DNA of 64,000 bases, from contig NC_052175.1 of NCBI RefSeq assembly GCF_902713615.1, positions 14,921,271-14,985,270 on the forward strand. Direction: 5' to 3'. This DNA comes from Scyliorhinus canicula (Eukaryota). Below, piece after piece: positions 37,271 through 50,199 of the stretch (the stretch's first letter is position 1; each line of letters starts with the position of its first letter). A program made the position numbers and the translations under genes. The notes under the pieces were generated by a model. It was not told where the DNA came from. It was given only the letters and a program-made list of their open reading frames with translations, and ran no database searches.

Positions 37271-39150
37271 AAGTCGGGTGCTGTAAGAGCAGCACGGTGG
37301 CGCAGTGGGTTAGCACTGCTGCCTCACGGCGCCGAGGTCCCAGGTTCGATCCCGGCTCTGGGTCACTGTCCGTGTGGAGTTTGCACATTCTCCCCGTGTT
37401 TGCGTGGGATTCGCCCTCGCAACCCAAAGATGTGTAGGGTAGGTGGATTGGCCACGCTAAATTGCCCCTTAATTGGAAAAAAAATGAATTGGGCACTTTA
37501 AATTTACTAGAAGGAAAAAATAAAAGTAGGATGCGCTTTCCAAGGGCCGGTGCAGACTCGATGGGCCGAATGGCCTCCTCCTGCACTGTAAATTCTATGA
37601 TTCTATTCAGCTGAAGTCAATAATGCCGGTTTGGTTCATTCCGTCCGACAAGAGCTGGATGAGTATCTGCCTGGGATTCATGTTCACGGCAATCCTGACA
37701 GGTATGGACCGACATCCTGAAACGTGCCTAGTGATGATGCTCAAAGATCCGGGAGAAGTACCTTTGGGAAGCCGTGTGTTTAAACTGAACTATGGGCGCT
37801 GGTCAGCTGCCCCGTTGTACCCGGCTCCATCTGGGTCGCACCCTCGCTGGGCAAGATCCCGATATGAATATTTAAATGAGCCAATGGGGTTCGCCTGGGA
37901 TGTGATGGCCATGTCTGGGAGATCCCACCAGGCCTCTGTTTAGGACTGGTCGACACAAATGTGGACCTGGTGTAACATCACCTGGAGGGGAGAGGGGGCC
38001 TTGCTACTTTTTAAAAATAAATTTAGAGTACCCAATTATTTTTTCCATTTAAGGGGCAGTTTAGCGCGGCCAATCCACCTACCCTGCACATCTTTGGGTT
38101 GTGGGGGGTGAAACCCACGCAGACACGGGGAGAATGTGCAAACTCCACACGGACAGTGACCCAGAGCCGGGATCGAACCTGGGACCTCGGCGCCGTGAGG
38201 CAGCAGCGCTAACCCACTGCGCCACCGTGCTTTGCCACTTTGAGGGAGGTTTCCCGGAGGTCTGCCCAAGGTTGGCACTTCAGCTTGGCAGCAGGGAATA
38301 CTCCGAGTGGGCGGCACGGCAGCACAGTGGCTAGCGCTGTTGCTTCACAGCTCCAGGGTCCCGGGTTCGATTCCCGGCTTGGGTCTGTGCGGAGTCTGCA
38401 CGTTCTCCCCCGTGTCTGCGTGGGTTCCCTCCGGGTGCTCCGGTTTCCTCCCACAAGTCCCGAAAGACGTGCTGTTGGGTGAATTGGACATTCTGAATTC
38501 TCCCTCCGTGTACCCGAACAGGCGCCGGAATGTGGCGACGAGGGGCTTTTCACAGTAACTTCACTGCAGTGTTAATGTAAGCCTACTTGTGACGATAAAG
38601 ATTGTTATTATCAGAAGTGCGGCCTGGGCAGACAGAAACTCCCAGCGCAGACAAACATCCCGTGAAACTGGCCCAATAGTAGTTTGAAGTCCGCAGAATC
38701 GCGCCATTAGTCATTGAGATGAAGTAGGTTTGAAGGGATGCCTGACTCCCCAAGCGAGATGAATAACCGAGTCGATCTTTTTTTGTTGGTATGCTGGCCT
38801 CAAGCCCCTGTTGTCATTTGAATTTGGAAGCTCTTGTGTGTCACCTAGAGAAGCAACTGGGCCCTCGATATGGTGAATCCTTTCCAGAAGACGGCACGTC
38901 CAACAGTGAAGCATACACTTGGCTCCGAAGCACATTCCCGGCATGTTTAAGAAAGCTCGCTGTGGACTGCAGTTCGGATAACCTTGTACTTTTTCTCTAA
39001 AGCAACCTCCACAACCCGGAGACGAGTCTGCAGCTCCAGCCAGCACAGCCCTCAGACACAGTTCAAGGGCAGGGGAGAAAAAAAGTCTGAGCACGGTGGC
39101 TGGAATTGCCTGTGGGTGGAGCAGTATTTGCACACCCGGACCGCAGGCTG

Positions 39151-39158
39151 TATATAAA
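39151..39158 (+). promoter_or_regulatory. candidate TATA box upstream of the integrin alpha gene
   Basis: TATATAAA ~545 nt upstream of the ATG, inside a 1.1-kb TE-free block; upstream ATGs lie between it and the start, so its use is uncertain. Confidence 0.3.
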
Positions 39159-39696
39159 GTGGGTGATTGAAAACAGTCTGGGACACATCACAAAAATCTG
39201 CTGCGGATAGGAAATAAATCAGGGATTGGGAAAAGGCAGCAATAAAGACAAATTTATTTCAAGGGAAAGGGTTGGAATGAATAGATGCAAAAGGAGATCA
39301 CTAGTAGAGGGATAGGAGATATTTTTTTAAGTGATCTATTTAATTGGAGACACCAATTTGTTCGCCGAATAGAGAGGGGCGAAGGATTTCAGGGAATCAA
39401 CAAGAAACCGAAGGAATATCTCCGGGAAGAATAGAAATAAAAGACAGGTATGCGGGATTTCTTATTCGGAAAGAAACAGGAGTAAAGTTCAACCAGGAGG
39501 TGAGGAATGAAAAAGGGAGCTGGGAAGAAGAGTAAGCGACTCAAATAGTCAGACAAGTGAGCAGCTTACACCTCGTGCTGCCGGTAAACATTCAGCTCCC
39601 TGATTCCAGTACACACTACAGGCGGGTACCCAGGAGCGCTGGGATTGTGAGAGACACGCTGGCCCGGTTCTGCTGATCGAACAATCGTTTCCACGC

Positions 39697-39748
39697 ATGG
39701 AGCTACACAGATCCTCCTTTGTGCTGTACCTCCTGCTTTTATGGAAAG
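39697..39748 (+). CDS. ITGA10: integrin alpha (ITGA10-like) exon 1, signal peptide
   Basis: cgcATGG; MELHRSSFVLYLLLLWK-G|gtaagg; 52 nt, phase 1, as in ITGA10/ITGA11; in frame with 59547. Confidence 0.8.
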
Positions 39749-39795
39749 GTAAGGGGCCAGTCTCTTTTTCTCCCTTCCTCTCTCTCTCCCCTACC

Positions 39796-40462
39796 CGGCA
39801 CGGTAGCACAGTGGTTAGCACAGTCACTTCACAGCGTCAGGGTCCCGGGTTCGATTCCCGGCTTGGGGTCACTGTCTGTGCGGAGTCTGCACGTTCTCCC
39901 CGTGTTTGCGTGGGTTTCCTCCGGGTGCTCCGGTTTCCTCCCACAGTCCAAAGACGTGCAGGTTAGAACATAGAACAGTACAGCACAGAACAGGCCCTTC
40001 GGCCCTCGATGCTGTGCCGAGCAATGATCACCCTATTCAAACCCACGTATCCACCCTATACCCGTAACCCAACAACCCCCCCCTTAACCTTACTTTTTAG
40101 GACACTACGGGCAATTTATCACGGCCAATCCACCTAACCCGCACATCTTTGGACTGTGGGAGGAAACCGGAGCACCCGGAGGAAACCCACGCACACACGG
40201 GGAGGACGTGCAGACTCCACACAGACAGTGACCCAGCCGGGAATCGAACCTGGGACCCTGGAGCTGTGAAGCATTGATGCTAACCATCATGCTACCCTGC
40301 TACCCCTTAGGGTTAGGGTGGATTGGCCGCGCTAAATTGCCCCTTAGTGTCCAAAAAGGTTAGGGAGGGGTTACTGGGAGGTGTGGGTTAGGTGCTCTTT
40401 CCAAGGGCTGGTGCAGACTCGATGGGCCGAATAACCTCCTCCAGCAGTGCAAATTCTATGAT
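39796..40462 (+). mobile_element. V-SINE (+) with a nested full-length V-SINE (-, 39965-40305)
   Basis: Host is interrupted at GGTTAG and resumes at GGTTAGGGTGGATTGG. Confidence 0.82.
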
Positions 40463-41300
40463 TCACTCTACCTTTTTTCGAGCCATTATATCACTCCTCT
40501 TGTGCCCTTTTCCGATTTTGTTTTCATTCCAATGTGTTCCCTCAAATGTCCTATTCCTCAGGACTAGAGAAGATAAAGGATTGGCAAAGAGTGATGACGC
40601 TGGTACAGGGAGCTCTTGTAGCAAAGGGCATTCGTGATGCTTCGTGCTCGCTGCGTTGTCATGGGGGCTAATTATTCACAAGGCTGTTTTAGAAAGTCAA
40701 AGAACTCCGCGGGAGGGTTTTGTTGAGTGGTGGTTTTTCTGCCATTATTGTGACAGATATTTTATTTGACGTGCTGTATTGAGTGAGAGAGCGGATTGAC
40801 CCTCAGCAGAACCGTGAGAGCTGGTTGCCAGGAGCCTAATGGTCGAGTGGATCTGGATTGACAGCAGGAGGGATACCAGGATCACGGTCTGGCTGAACAG
40901 ACTTGCTAAGAGCTGATAATTAAATAGTGGGGTTGAGATAAACAGATATATTCCTGGGTTTGGAACGTCAACAAACTGTACTTGTCTGGGTCTTACAATG
41001 TGTAAAGTGAGCAAGGGCAAAGGGGGCCCAGTGGTTAGCACTGCTGCCTCACGGCGCCCAGGAGGGCAGCACGGTGGCGCAGTGGTTAGCACTGCTGCCT
41101 CACGGCGCCCAGGAGGGCAGCACGGTGGCACAGTGGTTAGCACTGCTGCCTCATGCCGCCGAGGTCCCGGGTTCGATCCCGGCTCTGGGTCACTGTCCGT
41201 GTGGAGTTTGCACATTCTCCCCGTGTCTGCGTGGGTTTCGCCCCCACAACCCAAAGATGTGCAGGGCAGGTAGATTGGCCACGCTAAATTGCCCTTTGGG

Positions 41301-42548
41301 CAGTGTTCTTCAAACTTCTTTTCCGGCGACCCATTTTTACCAACCCGACCGCCCTTCGCGGCCCACGCCGACCGACCTTCGGGACCCACGCCGACCGACC
41401 TTCGCGACCCACGCCGACCGATCTTCGCGACCAACGCCGGCCGCCCTTCGTGGCCCACGCTGGCCGACCTTCGCGGCCCACGCCGGCCGATCTTCGCAGC
41501 CCACGCCGGCCGCCCTTCGCGGCCCACGCCGGCCGATCTTCGCGGCCCACGCCGGCCGCCCTTCGCGGCCCACGCCGGCCGATCTTCGCGACCCACGCCG
41601 GCCGATCTTCGCGACCCACGCCGGCCGATCTTCGCGACCCACACCGGCCGCCCTTAGCGACCCACGCCGGCCGCCCTTAGCGACCCACGCCGGCCGACCT
41701 TCGCGACCCACGCCGGCCGCCCTTTCGCGACCCACGCCGGCCGACATGCGCGACCCACGCCGGCCGCCCTTCGCGACCCCACGCCGGCCGACCTCCGCGA
41801 CCCACGCCGGCCGACCTTCGCGACCCACGCCGGCTGCCCTTCGCGACCCACGCCGGCCGACCTTCGCGACCCAGGCCGGCCGCTCTTCGCGACCCAGGCC
41901 GGCCAACCTTCGCGACCCAGGCCGGCCGACCTTCGCGACTCAGGCCGGCCGACCTTCGCGACCCACCATTTTCTTTCACCTTGTTTGCTGCTGACAAAAT
42001 GGAAGAAATGGTTTTGGGTCCCTTTGGCCCTCGTACACGCTCCTCCAATGGAACCTGTTGGATGAAGGTGAAGCCTTCCGGTGTCGGAAGGTCTGGAGTC
42101 TCCATCTGTCCAAAGTTCTGCATTTTTGTCCTGTAAAATTTTATGAAATAAAACTTCCCTGAACTTGTAAAATAAAAATAAAATGAATAAAATAAATGAA
42201 AAAAATAAGTAAATAAAAATAAATGAAAAAAATAAAAATAAAATGAATAAAATAAATGAATAACCCCCCCCCCCCCCGCTCTGAACTTGTAAAAGAAAAA
42301 GCTGCGGCCGTTTAAAAGAAAAAGCAGCCGCACTGCGCATGCCCAATCTTCAGCGCGCATGCGCAGCGCGGGCACATTTTTTGAACATGTTCACGGCCAT
42401 TTTGAAGGCCGCTTGAGCGGGCGTTATTAACAGCCGGCTGCTGCTGCTGCGCGCGATCGGGAGCGCCGCGACAGACGGCACTTCGACCCTCCCGACACCC
42501 GCCGGCGACCCGCCCGTGGGTCACGCCCCCCGAGTTTGCCAACGCCTG
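41301..42548. mobile_element. non-autonomous hAT (Charlie-like) DNA transposon inserted in a V-SINE
   Basis: Imperfect TIRs CAGTGTTCTTCAAACT / CAGGCGTTGGCAAACT; 8-bp flanks cctttggg / ccttagtg; the SINE resumes after 42548. Confidence 0.75.
41345..41965. repeat. ~23-bp CpG-rich tandem repeat (CTTCGCGACCCACGCCGGCCGAC)n inside the hAT element
   Basis: Direct inspection, ~27 copies. Confidence 0.93.
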
Positions 42549-44483
42549 CCTTAGTGTCCAAAAGATTAGGCGGGGTTACGGGGATAGGTGGGGACTTGGG
42601 CTGAAGCAGGGTTCTCTTTCCAAGGGCTGGTGCAGACTCAATGGGCCGAATGGTCTCCTTCTGCACTGTAGTGATTACTATGATTACTATGAATTAGTTT
42701 CGTGTCTCAGTGAAAGCCTACAATTACTGGTCGCTATCCCTCCGCAGAGGGTCTGGTAGTATTTGTGACTGGGCGGAGCCCTTGGGAAGTAATTCCGGAG
42801 CTGGGTAATGCCAGCTGGGTAAAATCAGGCACGTTGAAGAGCGGAGAATTTGAGGAGCATCTCTCAGAAGGCTGTGGAGCTGGAGGAGAGCGCAGAGATC
42901 GGGAGGCACGAGGGATTTTTAATGAACGGATGTGAATTTTAAAATTGAGGCGTTGTTTAACTGGGGGCCAGTCAGTGTAGGGTGAGTGCCAAGGACGAAC
43001 GTGAGTTGGTGAGAGTTCAGACCCGTCGGCAGAGTTTTGGATGACCGCAGGTTTATGGAGGGTAGCTGGCCAGGACTGGGTTGGAATAGAAGCCGAGAGG
43101 AACAAAGGCACTGGTGAAGATTCCGTGCAGGAGGGTTGAGGCAAGGGATTGGCTTTGAGTGACGCTGTGGAGTTGTTCTTCGTAGCTGGCTGCAAGCTTT
43201 GCTCGAGGTCAGAGCTACGACCTGTGAAGGGATGGTGGGGGCAGCTTGAATTGTTGCCCTGCTCAGTGACTGTGCTCCTGTGTGGCCAATCCACCTAACC
43301 CTGCACGTCTTTGGGTTGTGGGGGTGAGACCCACGCAGACACGGGGAGAATGCGCAAACTCCACACGGACAGTGACCCAGAGCCGGGATCGAACCCGACC
43401 CGATCGAACTTTAACAACAGTGGAACCCGGCAGGTGGCTTTGAGAAGTCCACAGTGGGCTTATCGCTGTCGAATATTCACCCCTGTGCTCTGATTCTGTA
43501 GCTGGGTTACGGCGGTAGACCCAATAAACCTTCGGTAACAGCGACATACAAGTTCAGATGGTGGGAGACTAGTCAACGATGGAACATCGGAAGGTCTGAG
43601 AAGGCAGACCCATATAATGTTTCTTTCATGTGCGTTCATGGCAAAAGGAAGTTGAACAGAACTTTCTGTGCAAAATGCTTCCCTGCCCCATATACGTCCT
43701 TGAAGATAAACAGCTGTGGCCTAGTTGGTGTCAGGTGAATTAATTTTGTGTTTTCATGGTGGCTTCAATTTTGATCATTTTTCCTGACCAGTCAGCCTGG
43801 TAGCATTGGTGTCTGAAAGGGTTGCCAGTGTAGGTGCTGGGCATCTGAAATTAAAAACAGATAATGCCAGATGTTCTCAGCGTGGTGACCATCATCTACG
43901 GAAAGAGAATCCATGGGCACTAGGAGCAAAGGAAGACCACTTAACCCTTCGAGCCCACTCCGCCAACAAGATCCTGGCTGACCAGACTGTACCCTCAGTG
44001 CCACATTCCCGATAAACATTCACCCCCTTGCCCAACAAGAATCTATCCACCTCAGCTTGAAATGACATCCAAGGTTTCTGCTTGCGCCGCCTTTTGAGGA
44101 AGAGAGCTTCAAAGACTCCCGACTCTCAGAGATTTGAAATTGCTCCACATCTCTGCCTTAACTAGCGACCCCTACAACCGATACAGTGCAAGAGAAGGCC
44201 ATTTGGCCCATCGAGTCTGCACCAACCACTCCCTCAGCCTGTCTATATCCCGTTGTAGCCTCCTTATGTCTTCTTCACAACTTACTTTCCTACCCACCTT
44301 TATGTTATCAGCAAATTTAGCACCCATACCTTCGCCTACTTTGTCCAATTCACTTGTATGAAGTGTAAAACTCTTAGGCACGGGTATTGATCCGTTTGGC
44401 ACTGTGATATCCTGCCCGGAACCCAGGGCGAGGGATCTACCAGAGTGTGTACATATCGTTTGTGTAACTAAAACTTGGTTTTA

Positions 44484-45168
44484 GAACATAGAACATAGAA
44501 CAGTACAGCACAGAACAGGCCCTTCGGCCCTCAATGTTGTGCCGAGCCATGATCACCCTACTCAAACCCACGTATCCACCCTATACCCGTAACCCAACAA
44601 CACCCCCCCTTAACCTTACTTTTTTTATTAGGACACTATGGGCAATTTAGCATGGCCAATCCACCTAACCCGCACATCTTTGGACTGTGGGAGGAAACCG
44701 GAGCACCCGGAGGAAACCCACGCACACAAGGGGAGGACGTGCAGACTCCACACAGACAGTGACCCAGCCGGGAATCGAACATGGGACCCTGGAGCTGTGA
44801 AGCATTTATGCTAACCACCATGCTACCCTGCTGCCCACATAGAACATAGAACAGTACAGCACAGAACAGGCCCTTCGGCCCTCGATGTTGTGCCGAGCAA
44901 TGATCACCCTACTTAAATCCACGTAACCCGTATACCCATAACCCAACAATCCCCCCATTAACCTTACACTACGGGCAATTTAGCATGGCCAATCCACCTA
45001 ACCCGCACATCTTTGGACTGTGGGAGGAAACCGGAGCACCCGGAGGAAACCCACGCACACACGGGGAGGACGTGCAGACTCCACACAGACAGTGACCCAG
45101 CCGGGAATCGAACATGGGACCCTGGAGCTGTGAAGCATTTATGCTAACGACCATGCTACCCTGCTGCC
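44484..45168 (-). mobile_element. two head-to-tail full-length V-SINEs (44484-44837 and 44838-45168)
   Basis: Each has an (ACATAGA)n tail and a GGGCAGCAGGGTAGCATGG head. Confidence 0.88.
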
Positions 45169-45469
45169 CACCTTTGTATCTTACTGAGTGTGGGCTCCCT
45201 GTGTCCTTACGCCAGTCGTTACATTCACACAACCAGAACAAGACCCATGGATACTTACTCTCTGCTTCCTGTTAGTCAGCCAATCTTCTATCCATGTCAA
45301 TGTGTTACCCCCTACCTCCACCATGGGCTTTTATTTTATGCAGTATTCTTTAATGTGGCAAATGATTTCTGGAAATCTAGCACAGTACATCCACTGGTTC
45401 CACTTTATCACAGCACATGTTACTTCTTGAAAAATACTCCAATAAATTGGTTAAACATTAATTGATTGA

Positions 45470-46290
45470 TATTTATTGTCACATGTACCGAAGTCCAGTG
45501 AAAAGTATTTTTCTGCGGCCGAGGGAACGTACACAGTACGTACATAGTAGACAAAAGAATCATCGACAGTGAACATCGACAAATGGGACATTGACAAACA
45601 GTGATTGGTTACAGTGCGGAGCAAGGGGCCAAACAAAGGAAATACATGAGCAAGAGCAGCATAGGGCGTCGTGAATAGTGTTCGTACAGGGAACAGATCA
45701 GTCCGAGGGGGAGTCGTTGAGGAGTCTAGTAGCTGTGGGGAAGAAGCTGCTCCTATGTCTGGATGTGCGAGTCTTCAGATTTCTGTACCTTCTGCCTGAT
45801 GGAAGGGTCTGGAAGAAGGCAATGCCTGGGTGGGAGGGGGTCTCTGATAATGCTGTCTGCCTTCCTGAGGCAGCGGGAGGTGTAGACAGAATCAATGTGG
45901 GGGTGGCAAGCTTGTGCGATGGGCTGAGTTCACCACACTCTGCAGTTTCTTGCGATCTTGGACCGAGCAGTTGCCATACCAGGCTGTGATGCAGCCGGAT
46001 AGGATGCTCTCTATCGCACATCTGTAGCAGTTTGAGAGAGTCGATGCAGACATGCCAAATCTCTTTAGCTTCCGTAGGAAGTAGAGACGTTGTTGGGCTT
46101 TCTTGACTGTTGCATCAATGTGAGTGGACCAGGACAGACTGTTGGTGATGGTGACCCCCAGGAACTTAAAGCTATCGCCCATCTCCACTTCAGAGCCATT
46201 GATGCAGACGGGAGTGTGTGTCGTGCTGCGCTTCCTGAAGTCGATGATCAGTTCCTTGGTCTTTCCAACATTTAGAGAGAGGTTGATGTC
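45470..46290 (-). mobile_element. Rex1/Babar-clade LINE 3' fragment
   Basis: SFKFLGVTITNSLSWSTHIDATVKKAQQRLYFLRKLKRFG...AIESILSGCITAWYGNC; 3' end ...GTGACAATAAA. Confidence 0.9.
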
Positions 46291-46773
46291 CTAGGGCGGC
46301 ACAGTCTCTCAGCGGTTAGCACTGCTGCCTCAGGGCTCCGAGGTCCCAGGTTCGATCCCGGCCCTGGGTCGCTGTCCGCGTGGAGTTTGTACTTTCGCCC
46401 CGTGTCTGCGTGGGTTTCACCCCCACAACCCAAAGATGTGCAGGGTAGGTGGATTGGCCGCGCTAAATTCGCTATTTTCTAATTGAATAGAACTTTCCCT
46501 GGATCTTAACGGATTTTGAAAAATTAGAACCAAACTATCTCACCAGGCACGACTTTTAAGATCCTAGGATGAAGCCTATCAGGACCCGGGGGATTATCTA
46601 CCCCCAACGATTTGCTCAGGACGTGATTGTAATTTTCCTGAATTCCTCCCCCTCCTTCTATCAGCTATTTCTGGAATGTTACTTGTATCTTCTCTCGTGA
46701 AGACCGATGCAAAATACCCCATCCATCCATCCGCCAATCTCTTATTTTTCCTCGTTAATAAGCCAGATTCATT

Positions 46774-47611
46774 GGGCTGGGTTCTCTGTTATTGGGACTA
46801 TGTTCCCACGCCGTGGTAAGAACTGGCTTGAAAGGCTCACATGTTCCCAGCCCCCAGCATTGAACCAGCCGAAAACTAGCAGCTTTTGCTGCAGATACGG
46901 GCCCCGCACGTCCGGGTTTAAGGCCGCGCATGCGCAGAGCGGCGGCCGTGAACAGATTGCCCCCGATCGGCCGCACACCCGACCCTGACTGCCCGCCCAC
47001 AAATTGGCCGGCCACGTATAAGGCCCCGCCCGCCGATCGCCCTGCCCCCCGACAAGGGCGGCCGCAGAGCTGGGTCTGCAGCTGCCACGCTCGTATCACG
47101 AATGACAGGAACATGTTAGATCCACGCCGTCGGGACTTTGCAGATCCCACTTTCTTTGGGATCTCCGGTCACTTTGTTAACTCTTTCTAAAATGGTTATA
47201 GAAACTCTGACTACCTGTTTATATATTTGGAGCTTTCTCTGACGTTCCGGGAGCGATTTAACCGCCCAGGGACCTCCGATCTCCTGGGAGACCCCCCCCC
47301 CCCCACAGGTACCGTTCCATCTGCTCCCCGTTTGCGGAGACCAGCTCTGAACGGCGCTTCACCCCGAAGTCTCCCTGGCGACGGGGATAGATCCCAACAT
47401 CTCGGCTGCCTCGGGAAACTGCACGTTGAGGTGAGACTCGCCGCCTCGCCCCTAATATGCAAATTTGCCAAAAGGCAATCCCGCCCGCAATGGACGGGAT
47501 TCGCCTCGCGACGTCTCCCCAGACCGCGTTAGGTCTGGGTGAGGCGTTCCCAACCGGGTCGATCCCGGGAGCGGCTTCTATCGGCCGCAATGTAGCCGTT
47601 CGATCGCGCCC
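46774..47611. mobile_element. GC-rich MITE fragments (GGGC-terminated, possibly PIF/Harbinger-like)
   Basis: Starts GGGCTGGGTTCTC and ends GATCGCGCCC; CpG-rich; related to 50542-51619 and 54740-55271. Confidence 0.45.
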
Positions 47612-47819
47612 TCTGAATTATCCCTTCTTATCACTCTTTTTATATTCTGTCCAATGTTCTGACCTGTCACCCATCTTTGTCCAATTATATGTTGTTTCTT
47701 TAAGTTTAATCCTATCTTTAACATTTTTGGTTAACCACAGATTGTAGGGCCCTCCAGTTGGATTTTTTCCATTCTCATTGGAACGTATCCGTTCTGTGTT
47801 TTCTGAAAAATCCCTTTAG

Positions 47820-48145
47820 TGGGCGGCACGGTAACTGGGAAGCAGGGTAGCACAGTGGTTAGCACGGTAGCTTCACTGCGCCAGGGCCCCGGGTTCGATT
47901 CCCGGCTTGGGGTCACTGTCTGTGTGGAGTCTGCACGTTCTCCCCGTGTCTGCGTGGGTTTCCTCCGGGTGCTCCGGTTTCCTCCCACAAGTCCCGAAAG
48001 ACGTGCTGTTGGATGAATTGGACATTCTGAATTCTCCCTCCGTGTACCCGAACAGGCGCCGGAATGTGGCGACTAGGGGCTTTTCACAGTAACTTCATTG
48101 CGGTGTTAATGTCAGCCTACTTGTGACAATAAAGATTATTATTAT
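47820..48145 (+). mobile_element. V-SINE subfamily with the GTGACAATAAAG(ATT)n tail; also at 38308-38612 (+) and 34805-35105 (-)
   Basis: Head, V domain, then CCGAACAGGCGCCGGAATGTGGCGACTAGGGGCTTTTCACAG tail. Confidence 0.85.
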
Positions 48146-50199
48146 AAACGTCTGCCGCTGCATCAATATTGATTATCCTTTAACCTATTTTGCCAGTTCA
48201 CCTTAGCTAGATTGTCATGTCATGACAATTATGAGGATAATTGTCCTTATTTGGGCAGCACGGTGGCCCAGTGGGTTAGCACTGCTGCCTCATGGCGCCG
48301 AGGACCCGGGTTCGATCCCGGCTCTGGGTCACTGTCCGTGTGGAGTTTGCACATCCTCCCCGTGTCTGCGTGGGTTTCCTCCGGGTGCTCCGGTTTCCTC
48401 CCACAGTCCAAAGATGTGCAGGTTAGGTGGATCACCCGACCCAGAGGCCACCTGAAGCCCCTTTACATATCAGTGTCAATTATTGGACACTTAACATAAA
48501 TGAGACAACTAATTGCAATGTCTCTTAACCCATTACTTAACAACCCAAAGATGTGCAGGGTAGGTGGATTGGCCACACTAAATCGCCCATTAATTGGAAA
48601 CAAAATGAATTGGGTATTCTAAAATTTATTTAAAAAAAGAATACAACCTGGTCTCTCAATTTTCCCAGCTCCTGCATTCCTCCGAACATGCTGGTGTTGT
48701 TAGTGTGGGTGGGACAGGTTCTTCCTGTGTGAGGACAGGGGAAGGCGATGACAGAGCCACTACTGTTGGGAGAGAACAGGCCTCTGTTTGATTCTCAGTT
48801 CCGACTCGCGTCCCTACCCCGATTCAGCTGCGTCATCAAAAAAACACCAGCCATTGCTTTTTCACCCCCCCCCCCTCCCCTGCTCCCCACCCTCCCGGGT
48901 TACTTTGATTTCCCCTCGAGCGGCAATCCGATCTGCAGCATCCTGTTTTACCTGGAGTGTGCCTCTAGCGTAAACTTACGGGGGGGGGGGGGGGGGGGGG
49001 GGGTAATCACAGCCATTCCCTGTGTGTGTGTTTATTTTGATGTAGCACATGGTTCAGGATGCTTATTTACTCCCTCAAGCCCAGGCAATGATGGAAAGAG
49101 TTAGCAATTTGGTTCAAAGTACCGCATCGTAGTTGTTGTTTGGTAATAGATGCCCAATGGGGTGTGTGGTGGTGGTTGGGGGAGGGGGGAGGGGGGAGGG
49201 GGGGGGGGGGACAGAGGGCGTTCTGTGCGATTCTTGTACAAATGCAAACAGTGCTGAGATTAGCACAGCATTAAAGTGCGATTGCGAGCTCTGGACAGTA
49301 GCACAGTGGTTAGCACAGTGGCTTCACAGCTCCAGGGGCCCCGGGTTCGATTCCCGGCTTGGGTCGCTGTCTGTGCGGAGTCTGCACGTCCTCCCCCTGT
49401 GTGTGCGTGGGTTTCCTCCGGGCGCTCCGGTTTCCTCCCACAGACTGCAGAGTTTTGTGCAGAGTCTGTTGGAAGAAATAAAAGTGCGTTGGTGAAAAAG
49501 GAACAGAACTTTTGTCTCTTCAAACCACAGCATCTAATACGTCTAATACGCGGGGGGCGAAACCCACGCAAACACAGGGAGAATTGCGAACTCCAGAGCC
49601 GGGATCGAACCTGCGACCTGGGCGCCGTGAGGCAGCAGTGCTAATCCACTGCGCCACCCTGCTGACCTTGCCAGGTTGTATTCTGAACGCACCGTCTTCG
49701 ACCTCCCATTTTTAGGCTCTCGGCCGCTCCTTGCCCTTTGACCTCCTTTGTAGGTGACATACGAATCCTGTAAACGAATCACAAGAAGCAATGGCTTGGG
49801 AACGTCCGCCGGCCAGCCCAGCATCTGGTTCTTTGTCAAGCGGGGCGCCGGTGCAGCATCTGTTTGAGGCATTGGTCCTGTCTCCAACTCTGAAATGGTA
49901 AAGACAGACACTGGGCTGTGCTACAAATGGTGCAAGATGTCACTAACACGGTCTGCCTGACTTTGCACAAGGCAATCTCCTCCCTTGTCTGTTTTACTCT
50001 TCCCCAAAACATGGGGGTGGAAACCTCCGTCAGGAAACTGCGCCAAGGAACTGTCAACCCCAACGGCTCAGTTGAGAATAAATATTGGCCGAGGTTAGCA
50101 ACTGGAGAACTCAAATTCTCCAGCTGGAAATCCACTACAGAATTTGCTCGAATGGTAAAGCTCAGCTGAAGGTTGGTGGGGCAGTGATTCTGATCATTA

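Noticed and set aside
41074-42375. Arg/Pro-rich ORFs as a possible transposase
   Set aside because: Translations of the 23-bp array; no DDE or BED motifs.
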